Assembly (NCBI GenBank): GCA_963737655.1
Contig: CAVTTN010000002.1
Span: 5,888,001 to 5,952,000 of the forward strand
DNA from: an uncultured Planctomycetota bacterium
Lineage (GTDB): Bacteria; Planctomycetota; Planctomycetia; Isosphaerales; Isosphaeraceae
Direction: 5' to 3'
DNA: 64,000 nucleotides
Part shown: in pieces, positions 18,604-29,973 of the stretch
How the letters are laid out: every line of letters starts with the position of its first letter
Position numbering within the stretch: position 1 is the stretch's first letter
Notes under the pieces: model-generated
Databases searched by the model: none
The model's input: the letters and a program-made list of their open reading frames with translations, nothing else
What the model was told of the DNA's origin: nothing
Made by a program: the position numbers and the translations under genes

Positions 18604-19767
18604 ATGAGACCCGCCACCCGGATGCTCCTCACGGCGACGCTGCTCGCGGTCGCCCCGGCCGCGGCCCCCGCGCAGCAAGAGCGGCCCCGCGCCCCGACGG
18701 GGCCGGTGCGTTCGCCCGAGGTCGCGAAGGACGGCCGCGTCACCTTCCGCTTCCGGGCGCCGAATGCCCAGCGAGTGATGGTGGCCCGCGACGGCGCCCC
18801 GCCCTCGGCGATGGAGAAGGGCGAGCAGGGCGTCTGGACCCTGACGACCGACCCGCTGCCGCCGGACCTCTACCCCTACACCTTCAACGTCGACGGCACG
18901 ACGCTGGCCGACCCGGCCAACCCGCTCGTGAAGCCGATCGTGATGGGCGGGAATCAGAGCCTCGTCCACGTCCCCGGCGGCGACGACCTGAGCTGGGAGG
19001 TCCGCGACGTGCCCCGCGGGACGCTGCACCACCACTTCTACAAGTCCGCGATCGCCGGGGAGGGGCGAGACTATTACGTCTACACGCCGCCCGGCTATGA
19101 TCCGGTCGGCCAGGCCGACTATCCCGTCCTCTATCTCCTGCACGGCATCACCGACGACGCCAGCGCCTGGACGAACGCCGGCCGCGCGCATGTCATCCTC
19201 GACAACTTGATCGCCCAGGGGAAGGCGAAGCCGATGCTCGTGGTCATGCCGCTCGGGTACGCCTTCCCCGACGTCCCGCGGAACATCTTCAGCCAGGTGC
19301 GCGACCCATCTTCCTCGCGTCAGGCCATGGAGAAGTTCTCGGCCACGGTCCTCGACGAGCTGATCCCCGCGGTGGAGAAGGCCTACCGCGTCGCGAAGGG
19401 GCGCGACTCGCGGGCGATCGCCGGGCTCTCGATGGGCGGCGCCCAGTCCATTTATATCGGCCTGAACCACCCGGACCTGTTCGGTTGGGTCGGCTCCTTC
19501 AGCGGCGGGTTTGTCCTTTACAACAACGAATATGCCGGCTACTTCCCCAAGCTGGACGGGGACGGGGCGTCAAAGCCTCGGCTCGTCTGGCTGGCGTGCG
19601 GCAAGGAAGACTTCCTGATCGAGCCGCACCGCAAGTTCGAGGCGTGGCTCAAGGACAAGGGCGTGAAGTTCACCTCGAAGGAGACGCCCGGGGCCCACAC
19701 CTGGATGGTCTGGCGCCGCTACCTGACCGACCTGGCGCCCCTCCTGTTCCGCGACGCGAAGTCCTGA
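18604..19767 (+). CDS. Exported esterase (CBM48-like + CE1-like)
   Basis: [39 protein letters not shown]. Confidence 0.9.
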   Translation: MRPATRMLLTATLLAVAPAAAPAQQERPRAPTGPVRSPEVAKDGRVTFRFRAPNAQRVMVARDGAPPSAMEKGEQGVWTLTTDPLPPDLYPYTFNVDGTTLADPANPLVKPIVMGGNQSLVHVPGGDDLSWEVRDVPRGTLHHHFYKSAIAGEGRDYYVYTPPGYDPVGQADYPVLYLLHGITDDASAWTNAGRAHVILDNLIAQGKAKPMLVVMPLGYAFPDVPRNIFSQVRDPSSSRQAMEKFSATVLDELIPAVEKAYRVAKGRDSRAIAGLSMGGAQSIYIGLNHPDLFGWVGSFSGGFVLYNNEYAGYFPKLDGDGASKPRLVWLACGKEDFLIEPHRKFEAWLKDKGVKFTSKETPGAHTWMVWRRYLTDLAPLLFRDAKS

Positions 19768-19806
19768 GTCGATCCCGCACGGTCCCATCAACCTCCGGAG
19801 GTCCAC

Positions 19807-21000
19807 ATGTTCTCCAGGCGATCCTCCCCGCTCGCCGCGTCCCTCGCCCTGGTCGCCCTGGCCGCCCTCGTCCCGACTCGGGCCTCGGCCCAGGCGCCGC
19901 AGCGACGGCCTACCCCGAACGACGGACTGAAGTCCACCGAGGTGGCGTCCGACAAGAAGGTGACTTTCCGCATCTACGCCCCGAAGGCCGACGACGTCTC
20001 CGTCGGCGGCGACTTCGGCCAGGGCGGCAAGATGACCAAGGATGAACAGGGCGTCTGGTCGCTGACCGTCGGCCCGCTCACGCCCGACTTCTACAGCTAT
20101 TCCTTCACGGTCGACGGCGTCCGCACCGTCGACCCGAAGAACGCGATGGTCAAGCAGGGCGTCTCCAGCCTCGACAGCATGTTCCTCGTCCCGGGCGACG
20201 AGGCCGAGTTCGAGGCGACGAGGGACGTGCCCCACGGCGAGGTCCGGGCCGTCTGGTACCGCTCGGGAACGCTGGACGAGCCCCGCCGGATGCACGTCTA
20301 CACGCCGCCCGGGTACGAGGGGGGCGACGCGAAGTACCCGGTCTTCTACCTCCTGCACGGCGGCGGCGACGAGGACAGCGGCTGGAGCACGATCGGCCGC
20401 GCCGGCTTCATCCTCGACAACCTGATCGCCGCCAAGAAAGCGGTCCCGATGCTCGTCGTCATGCCCAACGGCAGCCTCCCCCCGCCGAAGGACATGCCCG
20501 CCCGCCCGGCCCCCGGCGAGACCCCTTCGGCCGAGTTCCGCGCCGCGATGGAGAAGATGCAGAACCGCTTCACCGACGAACTGCGGAAGGAGGTCATCCC
20601 GGCGGTCGAGAAGACCTTCCGCGTCCAGGCCGGCCGCGAGAACCGAGCCCTGGCCGGCCTGTCGATGGGCGGCGGCCAGACCCTGCGCGTGCTCGTCACG
20701 CACCCCGAGGAGTTCGCCTACGTGGGGATCTGGAGCGCCGGCATCTTCGGCGGCAACGCCGAGGCATGGGAGAAGCAGAACGAGGACTTCCTCGCCGAGA
20801 AGGGCAAGGCCAACGGCGCGATCAAGCGCCTGGAGATCGTCGTCGGCGACCAGGACTTCGCGCAGCCGGGCTCGAAGGCCCTCGCCGAGATCCTCAAGAA
20901 GCGTGGGATCGATCATGACCTGCGGATCACCGGCGGCGGTCACACGTGGATCAACTGGCGCCACTACCTGAACGAGCTGGCGCCGAAGCTGTTCCGGTAG
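19807..21000 (+). CDS. Exported esterase (CBM48-like + CE1-like)
   Basis: [41 protein letters not shown]. Confidence 0.9.
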   Translation: MFSRRSSPLAASLALVALAALVPTRASAQAPQRRPTPNDGLKSTEVASDKKVTFRIYAPKADDVSVGGDFGQGGKMTKDEQGVWSLTVGPLTPDFYSYSFTVDGVRTVDPKNAMVKQGVSSLDSMFLVPGDEAEFEATRDVPHGEVRAVWYRSGTLDEPRRMHVYTPPGYEGGDAKYPVFYLLHGGGDEDSGWSTIGRAGFILDNLIAAKKAVPMLVVMPNGSLPPPKDMPARPAPGETPSAEFRAAMEKMQNRFTDELRKEVIPAVEKTFRVQAGRENRALAGLSMGGGQTLRVLVTHPEEFAYVGIWSAGIFGGNAEAWEKQNEDFLAEKGKANGAIKRLEIVVGDQDFAQPGSKALAEILKKRGIDHDLRITGGGHTWINWRHYLNELAPKLFR

Positions 21001-21259
21001 GGATCGCCCGATCGATCCGGCCCGAGACGAGGCCATCGGTCCGGGAGGCGTCCGCGCGGCCCCGGTCCGATGGCATCGTCTCGGTGGCTCCGACGGCCTC
21101 CGCGCCGGCCGGCTCCCGAACGCGGAGGTCCTCCATGCCACGCGGCCTCGGTCCGGGATTCGGCCGACGTCGATGCCGGGGCGGGGCGGGGGCGAGCGAC
21201 GTCGTGCGATGGGCCCCGGACGGCCCGGCATGCCCCCGGCGATGGAGGCGGACCAATCG

Positions 21260-22558
21260 ATGCTCGCGACCCTGGGCCTGCTGACGATCCTCACGCTGCT
21301 GGCGGCCGTCCTCTCCCGGCGGATGTCGCCGCTGGTGGCGCTGATCGCGGTCCCGACGGCCGCCTCGCTCCTGGGCGGGTTCGGCCCGAAGACGGGCGCC
21401 TTCATGGTCGCCGGGATCCGCGAGGTCGCCCCCGTGGCGGGCATGTTCGTCTTCGCCATCCTCTACTTCGGCATCATGACCGACGCCGGCCTGCTCGACC
21501 CGATCATCGACCGCATCCTCCGCGTGGTCGGCTCCCGGCCGACGCGCATCGTCCCCGGCACGGCGCTGCTGGCCCTCCTGATCCACCTCGACGGCTCCGG
21601 CGCGGTGACCTTCCTGGTGACGATCCCGGCGATGCTGCCGGTGTACGATCGGCTCGGGATGGACCGGCGCATCCTCGCCGGGGTCGCCTCGCTGGCCGCG
21701 GGGGTGAACTTCCTCCCCTGGACGGGGCCCATGATCCGCGCCTCGGCGGCCCTGGGCATCCCCGCGTCCGACCTGTTCCGCCCCCTCGTCCCCGTCCAGG
21801 CGATCGGCCTGGCCTACGTCTTCGCGGTCGCCTACTGGCTCGGCCGACGCGAGGCGAGGCGGCTCGGGCTGGGCGATCGACCCGATTCCGCCCCGGCCGC
21901 CCGGCGCGAGCGGACGGAGGCGGAACGGGCCGTCCGACGGCCGAGGCTCTTCTGGGTGAACCTCGCCCTGACGATCGGCCTGATGGGGGCGATGGTGGCG
22001 GGGAGGCTAGAGCCCGTCGTGGGGTTCATGGCCGGGGTCGCCGTGGCGCTCGTCATCAACTATCCCGGCGCGGCCCTCCAGCGCGCCCGGGTCGAGGCGC
22101 ACGCCCCGGCCGCGCTCCTGATGGCGAGCATCCTCTTCGCCGCCGGCGCGTTCACCGGCATCATGCGGGGCACGGGCATGCTCGGCGCGATGGCACGGGC
22201 CTCCGTCCAGTTCCTGCCGGCGGAGCACGCCCACCACTTGCCGTTCTTGCTCGGGCTCGCCTCGATGCCGCTGAGCTTGCTGTTCGACCCGGACTCGTTC
22301 TACCTCGGGGTCCTGCCCGTGATGGCGGAGGCCGGCGTGTTGCGGGGGGTGGACCCATCCCAGCTCGCCCAGGCGGCGCTGCTGGGGCAGATGACCACCG
22401 GCTTCCCCGTCAGCCCGCTGACCCCGGCGACCTTCCTGGTCGTCGGCCTGGCGCGGATCGACCTGGCCGAGCATCAGCGGTTCGCCGTGCCTTACCTCCT
22501 CGGCGCGTCGGTCCTCATGACCTTCGCCTGCGTCGCCCTCGGCGTCTTCCCGTTCTGA
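21260..22558 (+). CDS. CitMHS family citrate/divalent-cation:H+ symporter
   Basis: [51 protein letters not shown]. Confidence 0.88.
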   Translation: MLATLGLLTILTLLAAVLSRRMSPLVALIAVPTAASLLGGFGPKTGAFMVAGIREVAPVAGMFVFAILYFGIMTDAGLLDPIIDRILRVVGSRPTRIVPGTALLALLIHLDGSGAVTFLVTIPAMLPVYDRLGMDRRILAGVASLAAGVNFLPWTGPMIRASAALGIPASDLFRPLVPVQAIGLAYVFAVAYWLGRREARRLGLGDRPDSAPAARRERTEAERAVRRPRLFWVNLALTIGLMGAMVAGRLEPVVGFMAGVAVALVINYPGAALQRARVEAHAPAALLMASILFAAGAFTGIMRGTGMLGAMARASVQFLPAEHAHHLPFLLGLASMPLSLLFDPDSFYLGVLPVMAEAGVLRGVDPSQLAQAALLGQMTTGFPVSPLTPATFLVVGLARIDLAEHQRFAVPYLLGASVLMTFACVALGVFPF

Positions 22559-22590
22559 ACCCGGTCGGCCTCGCGGCCAGGAATGCTCCC

Positions 22591-23928
22591 ATGAAGACGG
22601 TCCGGATCGGCGCGGGCGCGGGGTACTCGGGCGACCGCATCGAGCCGGCGGTCGAGCTGGCCGAGCGGGGCGACCTCCGATACCTGGCCTTCGAGTGCCT
22701 GGCCGAGCGGACCATCGCCCTCGCGCAGCAGGCGAGGCTGCGGGACCCCGCCCTGGGGTGCGATCCTCTCCTGGAAGAGCGGATGGAGGCGGTCCTGCCC
22801 ACCTGCGCCCGCCAGGGCATCACCATCCTCACCAACATGGGGGCGGCCAATCCGCTCGCCGGCTCGGCCGTGATCAAGGAGGTCGCGCGACGCCGCGGCC
22901 TGGGCCGGCTGGTGATCGCCACGATCACCGGGGACGACATCCTGCCGGAGATCCTGCGCGGGGATTATGCCCTCCTGGAGACCGGCGAGCCCGTCGCCGC
23001 GCTCGCCGGTCGGCTGGTCTCGGCGAATGCGTACCTCGGCATTTCGCCCCTGCTGGAGGCCCTTGGTCGCGGGGCCGACGTCATCCTCACCGGCCGGGTG
23101 GCCGACCCGGCCCTGTTCCTCGCCCCGCTCGTCCACGAGTTCGGCTGGGGCCTGGACGACTGGGACCGGCTCGGCCAGGGGACGGTCGTCGGCCACCTGC
23201 TCGAATGCGCCGGCCAGGTCACCGGCGGCTACTTCGCCGACCTCGATCGCAAGCAGGTCCCCGACCTGGCGAGGCTCGGCTTCCCCCTGGCGGAGGTCGG
23301 CGAGGACGGCTCGGCCGTCATCACCAAGGTCCCCGGCTCGGGCGGACTCGTGACGCTCGCCACTTGCAAGGAGCAGCTTCTCTACGAGATCCACGACCCG
23401 GCCGCGTATCTCACGCCCGACGTGACGGCCGACTTCACCGGGGTCACCCTGACGGATGCGGGCCTCGACCGGGTCCTGGTTCGGGGCGGCACCGGCCGCG
23501 CCAGGCCCTCGCACCTCAAGGCGTCGGTGGGCTACCGCGACGGGTTCATCGGCGAGGGCCAGATCTCCTACGCCGGTCCCGACGCCGTGGCCCGCGGCCG
23601 GCTCGCGCTGGAGGTCGTCGCCCGGCGGCTGGAACTCGCCGGCGTGGCCGCCGAGGAGATCCGCTTCGACCTGATCGGTCTCGACGCCGTCCTGGGCCCG
23701 CGTGCGTCTGCCGCCGGCCATCCGTCGGAGGTCCGCGTGAGGGTGGTGGCCAGGACATCGACCCTGCGGGAAGCCGTCCGCATCGGGAACGAAGTGGAGG
23801 CGCTCTACACCAACGGGCCCGCCGCCGGGGGCGGCGTGACCCGATCGGCACGAGAGGTCATCGCGATGTCATCGACCCTCGTGCCCCGGGACCTGATCCG
23901 ACCGGTCGTCCATTACGAGGCCACCTGA
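22591..23928 (+). CDS. Acyclic terpene utilization AtuA family (DUF1446)
   Basis: IGAGAGYSGDRIEPA, FECLAERT, SANAYLG, GHLLECAGQVTGG, EQLLYEIHDP, LYTNGPAAGGG. Confidence 0.9.
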   Translation: MKTVRIGAGAGYSGDRIEPAVELAERGDLRYLAFECLAERTIALAQQARLRDPALGCDPLLEERMEAVLPTCARQGITILTNMGAANPLAGSAVIKEVARRRGLGRLVIATITGDDILPEILRGDYALLETGEPVAALAGRLVSANAYLGISPLLEALGRGADVILTGRVADPALFLAPLVHEFGWGLDDWDRLGQGTVVGHLLECAGQVTGGYFADLDRKQVPDLARLGFPLAEVGEDGSAVITKVPGSGGLVTLATCKEQLLYEIHDPAAYLTPDVTADFTGVTLTDAGLDRVLVRGGTGRARPSHLKASVGYRDGFIGEGQISYAGPDAVARGRLALEVVARRLELAGVAAEEIRFDLIGLDAVLGPRASAAGHPSEVRVRVVARTSTLREAVRIGNEVEALYTNGPAAGGGVTRSAREVIAMSSTLVPRDLIRPVVHYEAT

Positions 23929-23929
23929 C

Positions 23930-24242
23930 ATGAAGCTCGGCACCCTGGCCCACGCCGCGCACCGGCGACAAGGGCGACACGTCCAACGTCTCGGTGATCG
24001 CCTTCGACCCGGCGGACTACCCCCACCTGGAGCGCCACGTCACGGCCGACCGCGTGCGCGCGCACTTCGCCGGGGTCGTCGCGGGCCAGGTCGTCCGCTA
24101 TGCGATGCCGAAGGTCGGGGCGCTGAACTTCGTCATGCACCGCGCCCTGGGAGGCGGGGTCACGCGGTCGCTGGCTCTGGACGCACACGGCAAGTGCCTC
24201 AGCTCGCTGATCCTCGACCTCGAGGTCTCCGATCGCGAATGA
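23930..24242 (+). CDS. Small AtuA-related protein, frameshift near 23955
   Basis: MKLGTLAHA then RTGDKGDTSNVSVIA...ALNFVMHRALGGGVTRSLALDAHGK. Confidence 0.8.
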
Positions 24243-24475
24243 CGACTCCGACGGTTGGATCGATCGAAGACCGCCCGGATGGCTCCTCGCACCCGGGGAC
24301 CGGGCGAGGGCCCCCGAAGGAGAGTGTCCCGACGCGACACGCGATCGCTGAGAGTTGCACCGTCTCGGCGCTCATGGACGTGACCACCGGTCGCGGCATG
24401 GATACAATCGCTGCCCGCGGCGGGTGGCGGTCCGCGTCGGACGGCTCCCGTTGCGACACGACCCCGGAGGCGATC

Positions 24476-24751
24476 ATGAAGGCGATCCTCTCGATGGCGT
24501 TGGTCCTCGGGGCATGCAACCTGGCGGGCGCGGCGGACGACAAGGCGGCCGATCCGGTCGGGACGTGGCAGTGCAGTTACGAGATCGGCGGGCAGCAGCG
24601 GACGGCCACCCTGACGGTCAAGGAGGAGGGGGACGGGTACGTCGGGACCATGAGCTGGCCGGACCAGAAGGACGAGAAGGTCAAGAACCCGAAGTTCAAG
24701 GATGGGAAGTTGATGTTCTCCGCCGTGCGGAAGCTCGGTGGTGTCCGGTAG
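24476..24751 (+). pseudogene. Exported protein truncated by IS1-like insertion
   Basis: Signal peptide then ADPVGTW; ends a few codons into the IS end at 24737. Confidence 0.6.
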
Positions 24752-25920
24752 CCGTTGAAAAGGATTCTACCGATGGGTAGGCTGGTCGTCCAGGAGTTGA
24801 GCCACCTTCACGGACCGGCCCGCGACACGCCATGCCCACCGACGACCTCGCCCGCTTCTGCTGCCAGAACCCCGACTGCGACACCTACGGCCGGCGGGGC
24901 GAGGGGAACATCCTCGTCATCGACCGCTTCGGGAAGGCCCGCCACCGGCTGCTCTCCTGCCGGGACTGCAAGGCCCGCTTCTCCGAGTTCAAGGGGACGC
25001 CGTCCTTCAACTCCAAGCTGCCCCACGACAAGGTCCTGGCGGTCCTGGAGCACCTGGCCGAGGGCTGCGGCGTGCGGCAGACCGCCCGGCTGGTGGGGGT
25101 CGACAAGGACACCGTCACGCGGCTGGCCCTGCTCGCCGGTCGGCACGCCAAGGGCGCCGACGACGAGCTCGTCGGCTCTTCCCCCCGAGACCCGCGAGGT
25201 CCAGCTCGATGAGAAGTGGGCCTTCGTGGGCAAGAAGCAGAAGAATTGCGACCCGGGCGACCCAGCCGACGACGACCGCGGCGACGCCTGGGACTTCGTG
25301 GCCTACGACCCGGAGCATCGGTTGGTCCTGGCGGTGGTCCCCGGGGCGAGGACGGTCGAGAATGCCGAGGCGATCGTCGCCGAGGCCAAGGGACGGCTGG
25401 GCGGCCGGGCCCCGGACCTGATCACCAGCGATGAGTTCGCGGCCTACCCGAAGGCGATCGAGGCCGCGTTCAGCGAGCCGGTGCCGGCCCCGCGGAAGCG
25501 GAAGCCGGGACGGCCTCGGCTCCCGCCGAGACGTCGCCTGGCGGCCGGCCTGAACTACGCGACGGTCCACAAGCATCGCGAGAACAACCGGGTGGTCGCG
25601 GTCGAACGGCGGCAAGTCTTCGGGACCCAGGACGGCCTGGACGAGGCGCTGGGGCGATCCGCGGTCAGCTCCCGAGTGAACACGTCGTTCCTGGAGCGTC
25701 AGAACGGGTCCGACCGGGGCCGCAACGCGCGGAAGTGCCGCAAGACCTACCGGTTCAGCAAGGACTGGGGGGTCCACGAGGCGATGACGTACCTGACGAT
25801 GTACGGCGACAACTCCTGCTGGTGCGTGAGGACGCTGCGGATCAAGGACGCCAAGAGGCGTTGGCGGGTGCGAAGTCCGGCGATGGCCGCGAAGCTGACG
25901 GATCATGTGTGGACCTGGCG
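24737..25920 (+). mobile_element. IS1-family element (InsA/InsB-like with frameshift), right end missing (end approximate)
   Basis: Starts GGTGGTG; CCQNPDC...CRDC Zn finger and HTH (24832-25212); shifted frame VQLDEKWAFV, ITSDE, NTSFLERQN, SPAMAAKLTDHVWTW; slippery TTCCCCCC near 25180. Confidence 0.8.
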
Positions 25921-26818
25921 AGATTCGTGCTCGGCTTCATCGCGATGCCCTCGTCGAGCGAAGCCCGGACTCGAAGGTCACCCTGCCGGCGGCGAGGCGA
26001 CCGAGGAGGCCGGGCGGGGTCGTGGCACCGGCCCCAAGTCGCTCCGTCATCGTCCTGTGGATTCGCGTTTTCGGCGACGGTGGCCCGGCCTCCGCTCGGC
26101 GGCCCAATCTCGCCATTTTACGTGCACTGTAGTACATTAACCAGGGCTCGGTCCTCAAGCTGCCGTGCGCCCGGGCCCGCCTCCCCGGGATCGCGAGGGT
26201 GATCGGGCCACGGCGTCGACCCTCGGCGGGGCATCGAAGGGCCCGAGGCCGCGACCGAACCGGTCCCGGGCGCTGTTCCCGCGGCGAGGCAGGAGGCCCT
26301 CCGGGGGCTTCCCGAGGCTTCGAGACCGGACGGCCGGTGTGGGCCGGGGATCGCTCCTGCGTGGAGCCGGGGCCGCCACACGCGATACTCGGAGGGATGG
26401 CCGATGCTGAGCCGACGATACGGCCGGGAGTGCCGCCGGGTGACCATGCACCGGCAGACCCGCGTGCCCCTCTCCGACGGGGCGAAGGTCCGCTTGCCGC
26501 CGGCGTGCGAGGACTGCCGGTCCCGCGACGAGCCGGCCCCGGCCCCCGAGGCGGCCCGGGGGCCGGCCGCTCCTGCCTCCTCGAGGGGAGGACCGTGAGC
26601 CTCGCCGGCCCGCCGATCGGGCCGCGTGGCCGGCCTCGGGCGTGGCCGCATCTCGGGCCGGCGGCGCCGGATCGGCCTCCTCGCCGACGGCCGCCGTCGT
26701 GCGGACGAGCGTCGACGGCCCGTGCGGGCGGGGCCCCGGGCCGCCGGACGCGGCGAGTCCCTCGCTCGCCCGACGCCGCCCGCCCCCCGGCCGGACGGGC
26801 CGTGGCGTGCCCTACGCG

Positions 26819-27877
26819 TCAACGGGTCCGGTGATAGCCGTTGCCGCGGCAGTGTCCGCAGGGCTTCCCGTCCTTGAGCGTGGTCCCGTCGCAGCCCAGG
26901 CACAGCTTCCACTGCATCGGCCCGGGCCGCTCGACGAACGACCGGATCGCGACGGCCTCGGGCGTGTCCCAGCCCGACTGCCCCTTCTTGACCAGGGCGG
27001 ACAGGTCCTTGAGGGTCTGGGCCATGGTCGGCAGGGCACGGGCCCGCCGGTACAGCAGGGCGGCCATTTGATAATTCTCCCGGGCCTGGCCCCTGAGCTT
27101 CGGGAGCAGGGGCAGCTCGGCCAGGTATTGCTCGTCGGACTTCTCGTCGTCCCGGACCACCACGGGGGCGGCCGGAGGGGACGCCGCTCCGACCTCCTCG
27201 GGGGTCGGGCCCGACGGGTCGATCGAGGCCTCGGGCCGCGGCTCCCGCGACCCGGCCGCAAGCCCCGGGGCCCGGCGGGGCGGGGGCCTCAGCGCCGCCT
27301 CGGGGCGGCCGCCCGCCCCCTCGAGCTGCTGGCGGACCTGGTTCACCAGCGTGTGCCCGACCCCGAGGTGGCGGGCGATCCGCCGATTCGACCACCCCGC
27401 CCACTCCGGGTCGGCGAGCAGGGTCAGGACCGCCTTGCGGAGGTCGGCGGAGGTCCGCCGCCGGCCCGACCGGTCGTGGGCGGCGTTGGCCGCGAGGCCG
27501 AAGAGCAGGGCCTCCCGCCTTCCCCCCGGCCGGAGCGTCGCCGCGATCGATGGCCGGCCCAGCCTCCGGGCCGCGGCGACCCGGTGGAAGCCGTCGGCCA
27601 GCCAGGCCCGGCCGTCGGCGTCGAAGAAAGCGGCGACCGGGGGGAAGGCGTCGCCTTGCCGCATGGCCTCGGCGTAGTTCTCCACCAGCCCGTCGTCCAC
27701 CTCGGCCCGGGCCGACATCCCCGGGTCGAGGACCAGCCTGCCGAGGGCCACCTCCCGGTCCTGACCCGGCCCGAAGTCCGGCGGGGCGTCGGGGTCCGCC
27801 GCCTCCACGCCCCCTCCCGGGACCGCCTCGCCCTCGAACACCGGACCTCCGTCTTTGGTCGCGACACCTCGTCGCAT
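26819..27877 (-). CDS. ParB/Srx-like N-terminal domain + HTH protein, C-terminal CxxC-CxxC
   Basis: YAEAMRQGDAFPPV, WLADGFHRVAAA, WSNRRIARHLGVGHTLV, CLGC...CGHC. Confidence 0.8.
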   Translation of the reverse strand: MRRGVATKDGGPVFEGEAVPGGGVEAADPDAPPDFGPGQDREVALGRLVLDPGMSARAEVDDGLVENYAEAMRQGDAFPPVAAFFDADGRAWLADGFHRVAAARRLGRPSIAATLRPGGRREALLFGLAANAAHDRSGRRRTSADLRKAVLTLLADPEWAGWSNRRIARHLGVGHTLVNQVRQQLEGAGGRPEAALRPPPRRAPGLAAGSREPRPEASIDPSGPTPEEVGAASPPAAPVVVRDDEKSDEQYLAELPLLPKLRGQARENYQMAALLYRRARALPTMAQTLKDLSALVKKGQSGWDTPEAVAIRSFVERPGPMQWKLCLGCDGTTLKDGKPCGHCRGNGYHRTR

Positions 27878-28489
27878 CGCCTGCTCTCCCGGTTCGGAGG
27901 ACCCCCGAGGCCGGCCCGCCGTGGTGACGGTCCAGTACGCCGTGGTCGGGGCCCTCGCGACCGGACGCATGCTCGCCGATCGGGACGATGCGCGGCAGTG
28001 GACGGCCGGCGGATGGGGCGGCCGGGACGCCCCCCGAGGCCCCGCGGGGCGGAAGCCGCTTCCGGGGACCGGGGCCGCGACGGTCGGAGGTGGGCGGTCG
28101 GTCTCGGCGTGGGGGCCCCGGCCGTAGGGGCCAAGCCACGCCCCCCGGGCACGCCGGCGGGACGGCCGGCCGGCGGGCGAGGCCGGGGCCGGGGCCGACG
28201 AGACGGGCCGGGGCCGGGGCCGGGGCCGGGGGACGTCACCCCCCCGCCCGGCCGGGCGGGGCGGGTCGGAGGTCGTCCGCGGCCCGGGGGCCGTGCCGAG
28301 ACGCGGCGGGGCCGGGATCGTCGAAGCCCCCCGCCTCGGGTCGACAGCGACGACCGAACCGGCCGCCGAGCGGCGAGGCCCGCCCGGGCGGGGTCGGTCC
28401 CGAGGCACGCCCGAGTGGGAGGTCGGGCGGCGGCGAGGCGGTGGGTCCCCAGGTCGGTGGCGAACGATCCGTCTGTCCCTGAGGATCGA

Positions 28490-29892
28490 CTAACGCTCAC
28501 CATGGAGGGGATCATCCTCCGAATCGGAGGGAATCTGTCCTCCCAATGAACGTTTCGGGGTCTCTTGGGAGGGCTTCTCGCGGCGACCCCTGAGGAGGCG
28601 GGCGGCCACCGCGGCGGCCACCGCCTGGCCGGCGGGCGTCAGCGACCAGGTCGTCTCCCCGCCCTCGCGGCGGAACTCCAGCAGGCCGCCCTCGCGGAGG
28701 CGGTCCCGGGCGTCGCGGAGGGTCTTGGGCCGGTGGCCGGCCGCCCCGGCGCGGTCCTGGACCTCCCGGCTCGGCAGGGGGCGGCGGGCCAGCACGCCGA
28801 GGATCCAGTCCCCCGCCGCCGCGGTCTTCGGCGGCCTGGGCGGCGCCCCCGCGCCAGGTACCTCTCCGGGTCGATCGTCACGCGGGCCTTGCCCATCGAC
28901 AGGGCCTTGAGATTTCGGGGCGAGTGCTCCTCGAGCCATCGGGGCGGGCCCGCCGCGGCGGCCCGGGCCGCCATCGCCTCGAGCAGCGCCCGGGGCCGGC
29001 CGGGGCCGAGGCCGGGGGGCAGGCCGTCGAGCCAGTCGGCGACGTCGGCCTTCTCCGCCGGGGGAGGGAATGCCGGGTCGATGCCCGCCATGGCGTCGAG
29101 GTCGACGATGGTCACCGCGGCAGGCCGGGGGTTCGGTCGGCGGGCCTTGGCGACGACCGCCGCGGCCCACCGCCGCCCGGCCCTGTCGTGGTCGGGCACC
29201 ACGACGACCCGCCTGCCGGCCAGGGGCTGCAGGGTGGTCCGGCCGACGGCGTCGGCCCCGAAGGCGGGCGTCGTCGCGACCAGGCCGATCGCCCGGAGTC
29301 GGTCGGCGCACTGCTCGCCCTCGCAGACCCAGACCTCGTCGGCGGCCAGGACCTCGGGCAGGCCGTAGAGCGGGAGGCGCGCCCCGTTGGGCTGCTCGAG
29401 GGCCCATCGGCCGTCGGGGCGGCGGACGGCGGTCCGGAACTGCTTGGGGCCACCGTCGCGGGGGCGGAACCGGAGCACGGCGAAGTGCGGCGTGCCGTCG
29501 CGGCGGCGGTAGGGGTACGTCGCGACGTGGTCCCAGGGGCGGGTCCGCAGGACGTAGGCGAGGGCGTCCTCCAGGGTCGCGTTCAGCCGCCTACCCCGCC
29601 CGTGCGGCCCCGGGCGCGTCGAAGGCCGGGCGGCGGCCCATCGCGGCAGAGGCAGGCCGATCGCCGCGGCGACGTCCTCTCGCGGGCAGCCGGCGCGGCA
29701 ACGGCAGGTCACGCCGCGGTGGTCGTGGGTCACGGCGAGCGAGGGGCGACGGTCGGCGTGCGCCGGGCAGGTGCCCTCGTACTGGGGCCGGCCGCCGCGG
29801 CCCGGGGCCGCCGGCCGGAGCCTCCGGTCGCCGACCTCGTACGCCGATCGGGACCGCTCGAACGCCTCGCGGCCCGCCGCCTCGTCCGCCAT
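28490..29892 (-). CDS. Primase-like protein (Zn finger + Toprim + wHTH), frameshift near 28840
   Basis: TCPAHADRRPSL...CRCRAGC; VWVCEGEQCADRL; VVVPDHDRAG; other frame WILGVLARRPLPSREV...TLRDARDRL. Confidence 0.75.
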
Positions 29893-29973
29893 GGGCGTGC
29901 GCCTCCTCGCCCCCCCTCGCGACGCGGGGACGACCCCATTCTTCGGGACCGCGGCCCCGGGACGGCAAGCCGG
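29816..29973 (-). repeat. Inverted repeat copy B of 17031-17187
   Basis: Direct comparison; weaker similarity extends to 30097 / 16910. Confidence 0.9.

Noticed and set aside
26120..26142. Right IR of the IS1-like element
   Set aside because: GGTTAATGTAC matches the left end GGTGGTGTCC poorly, and there is no target duplication
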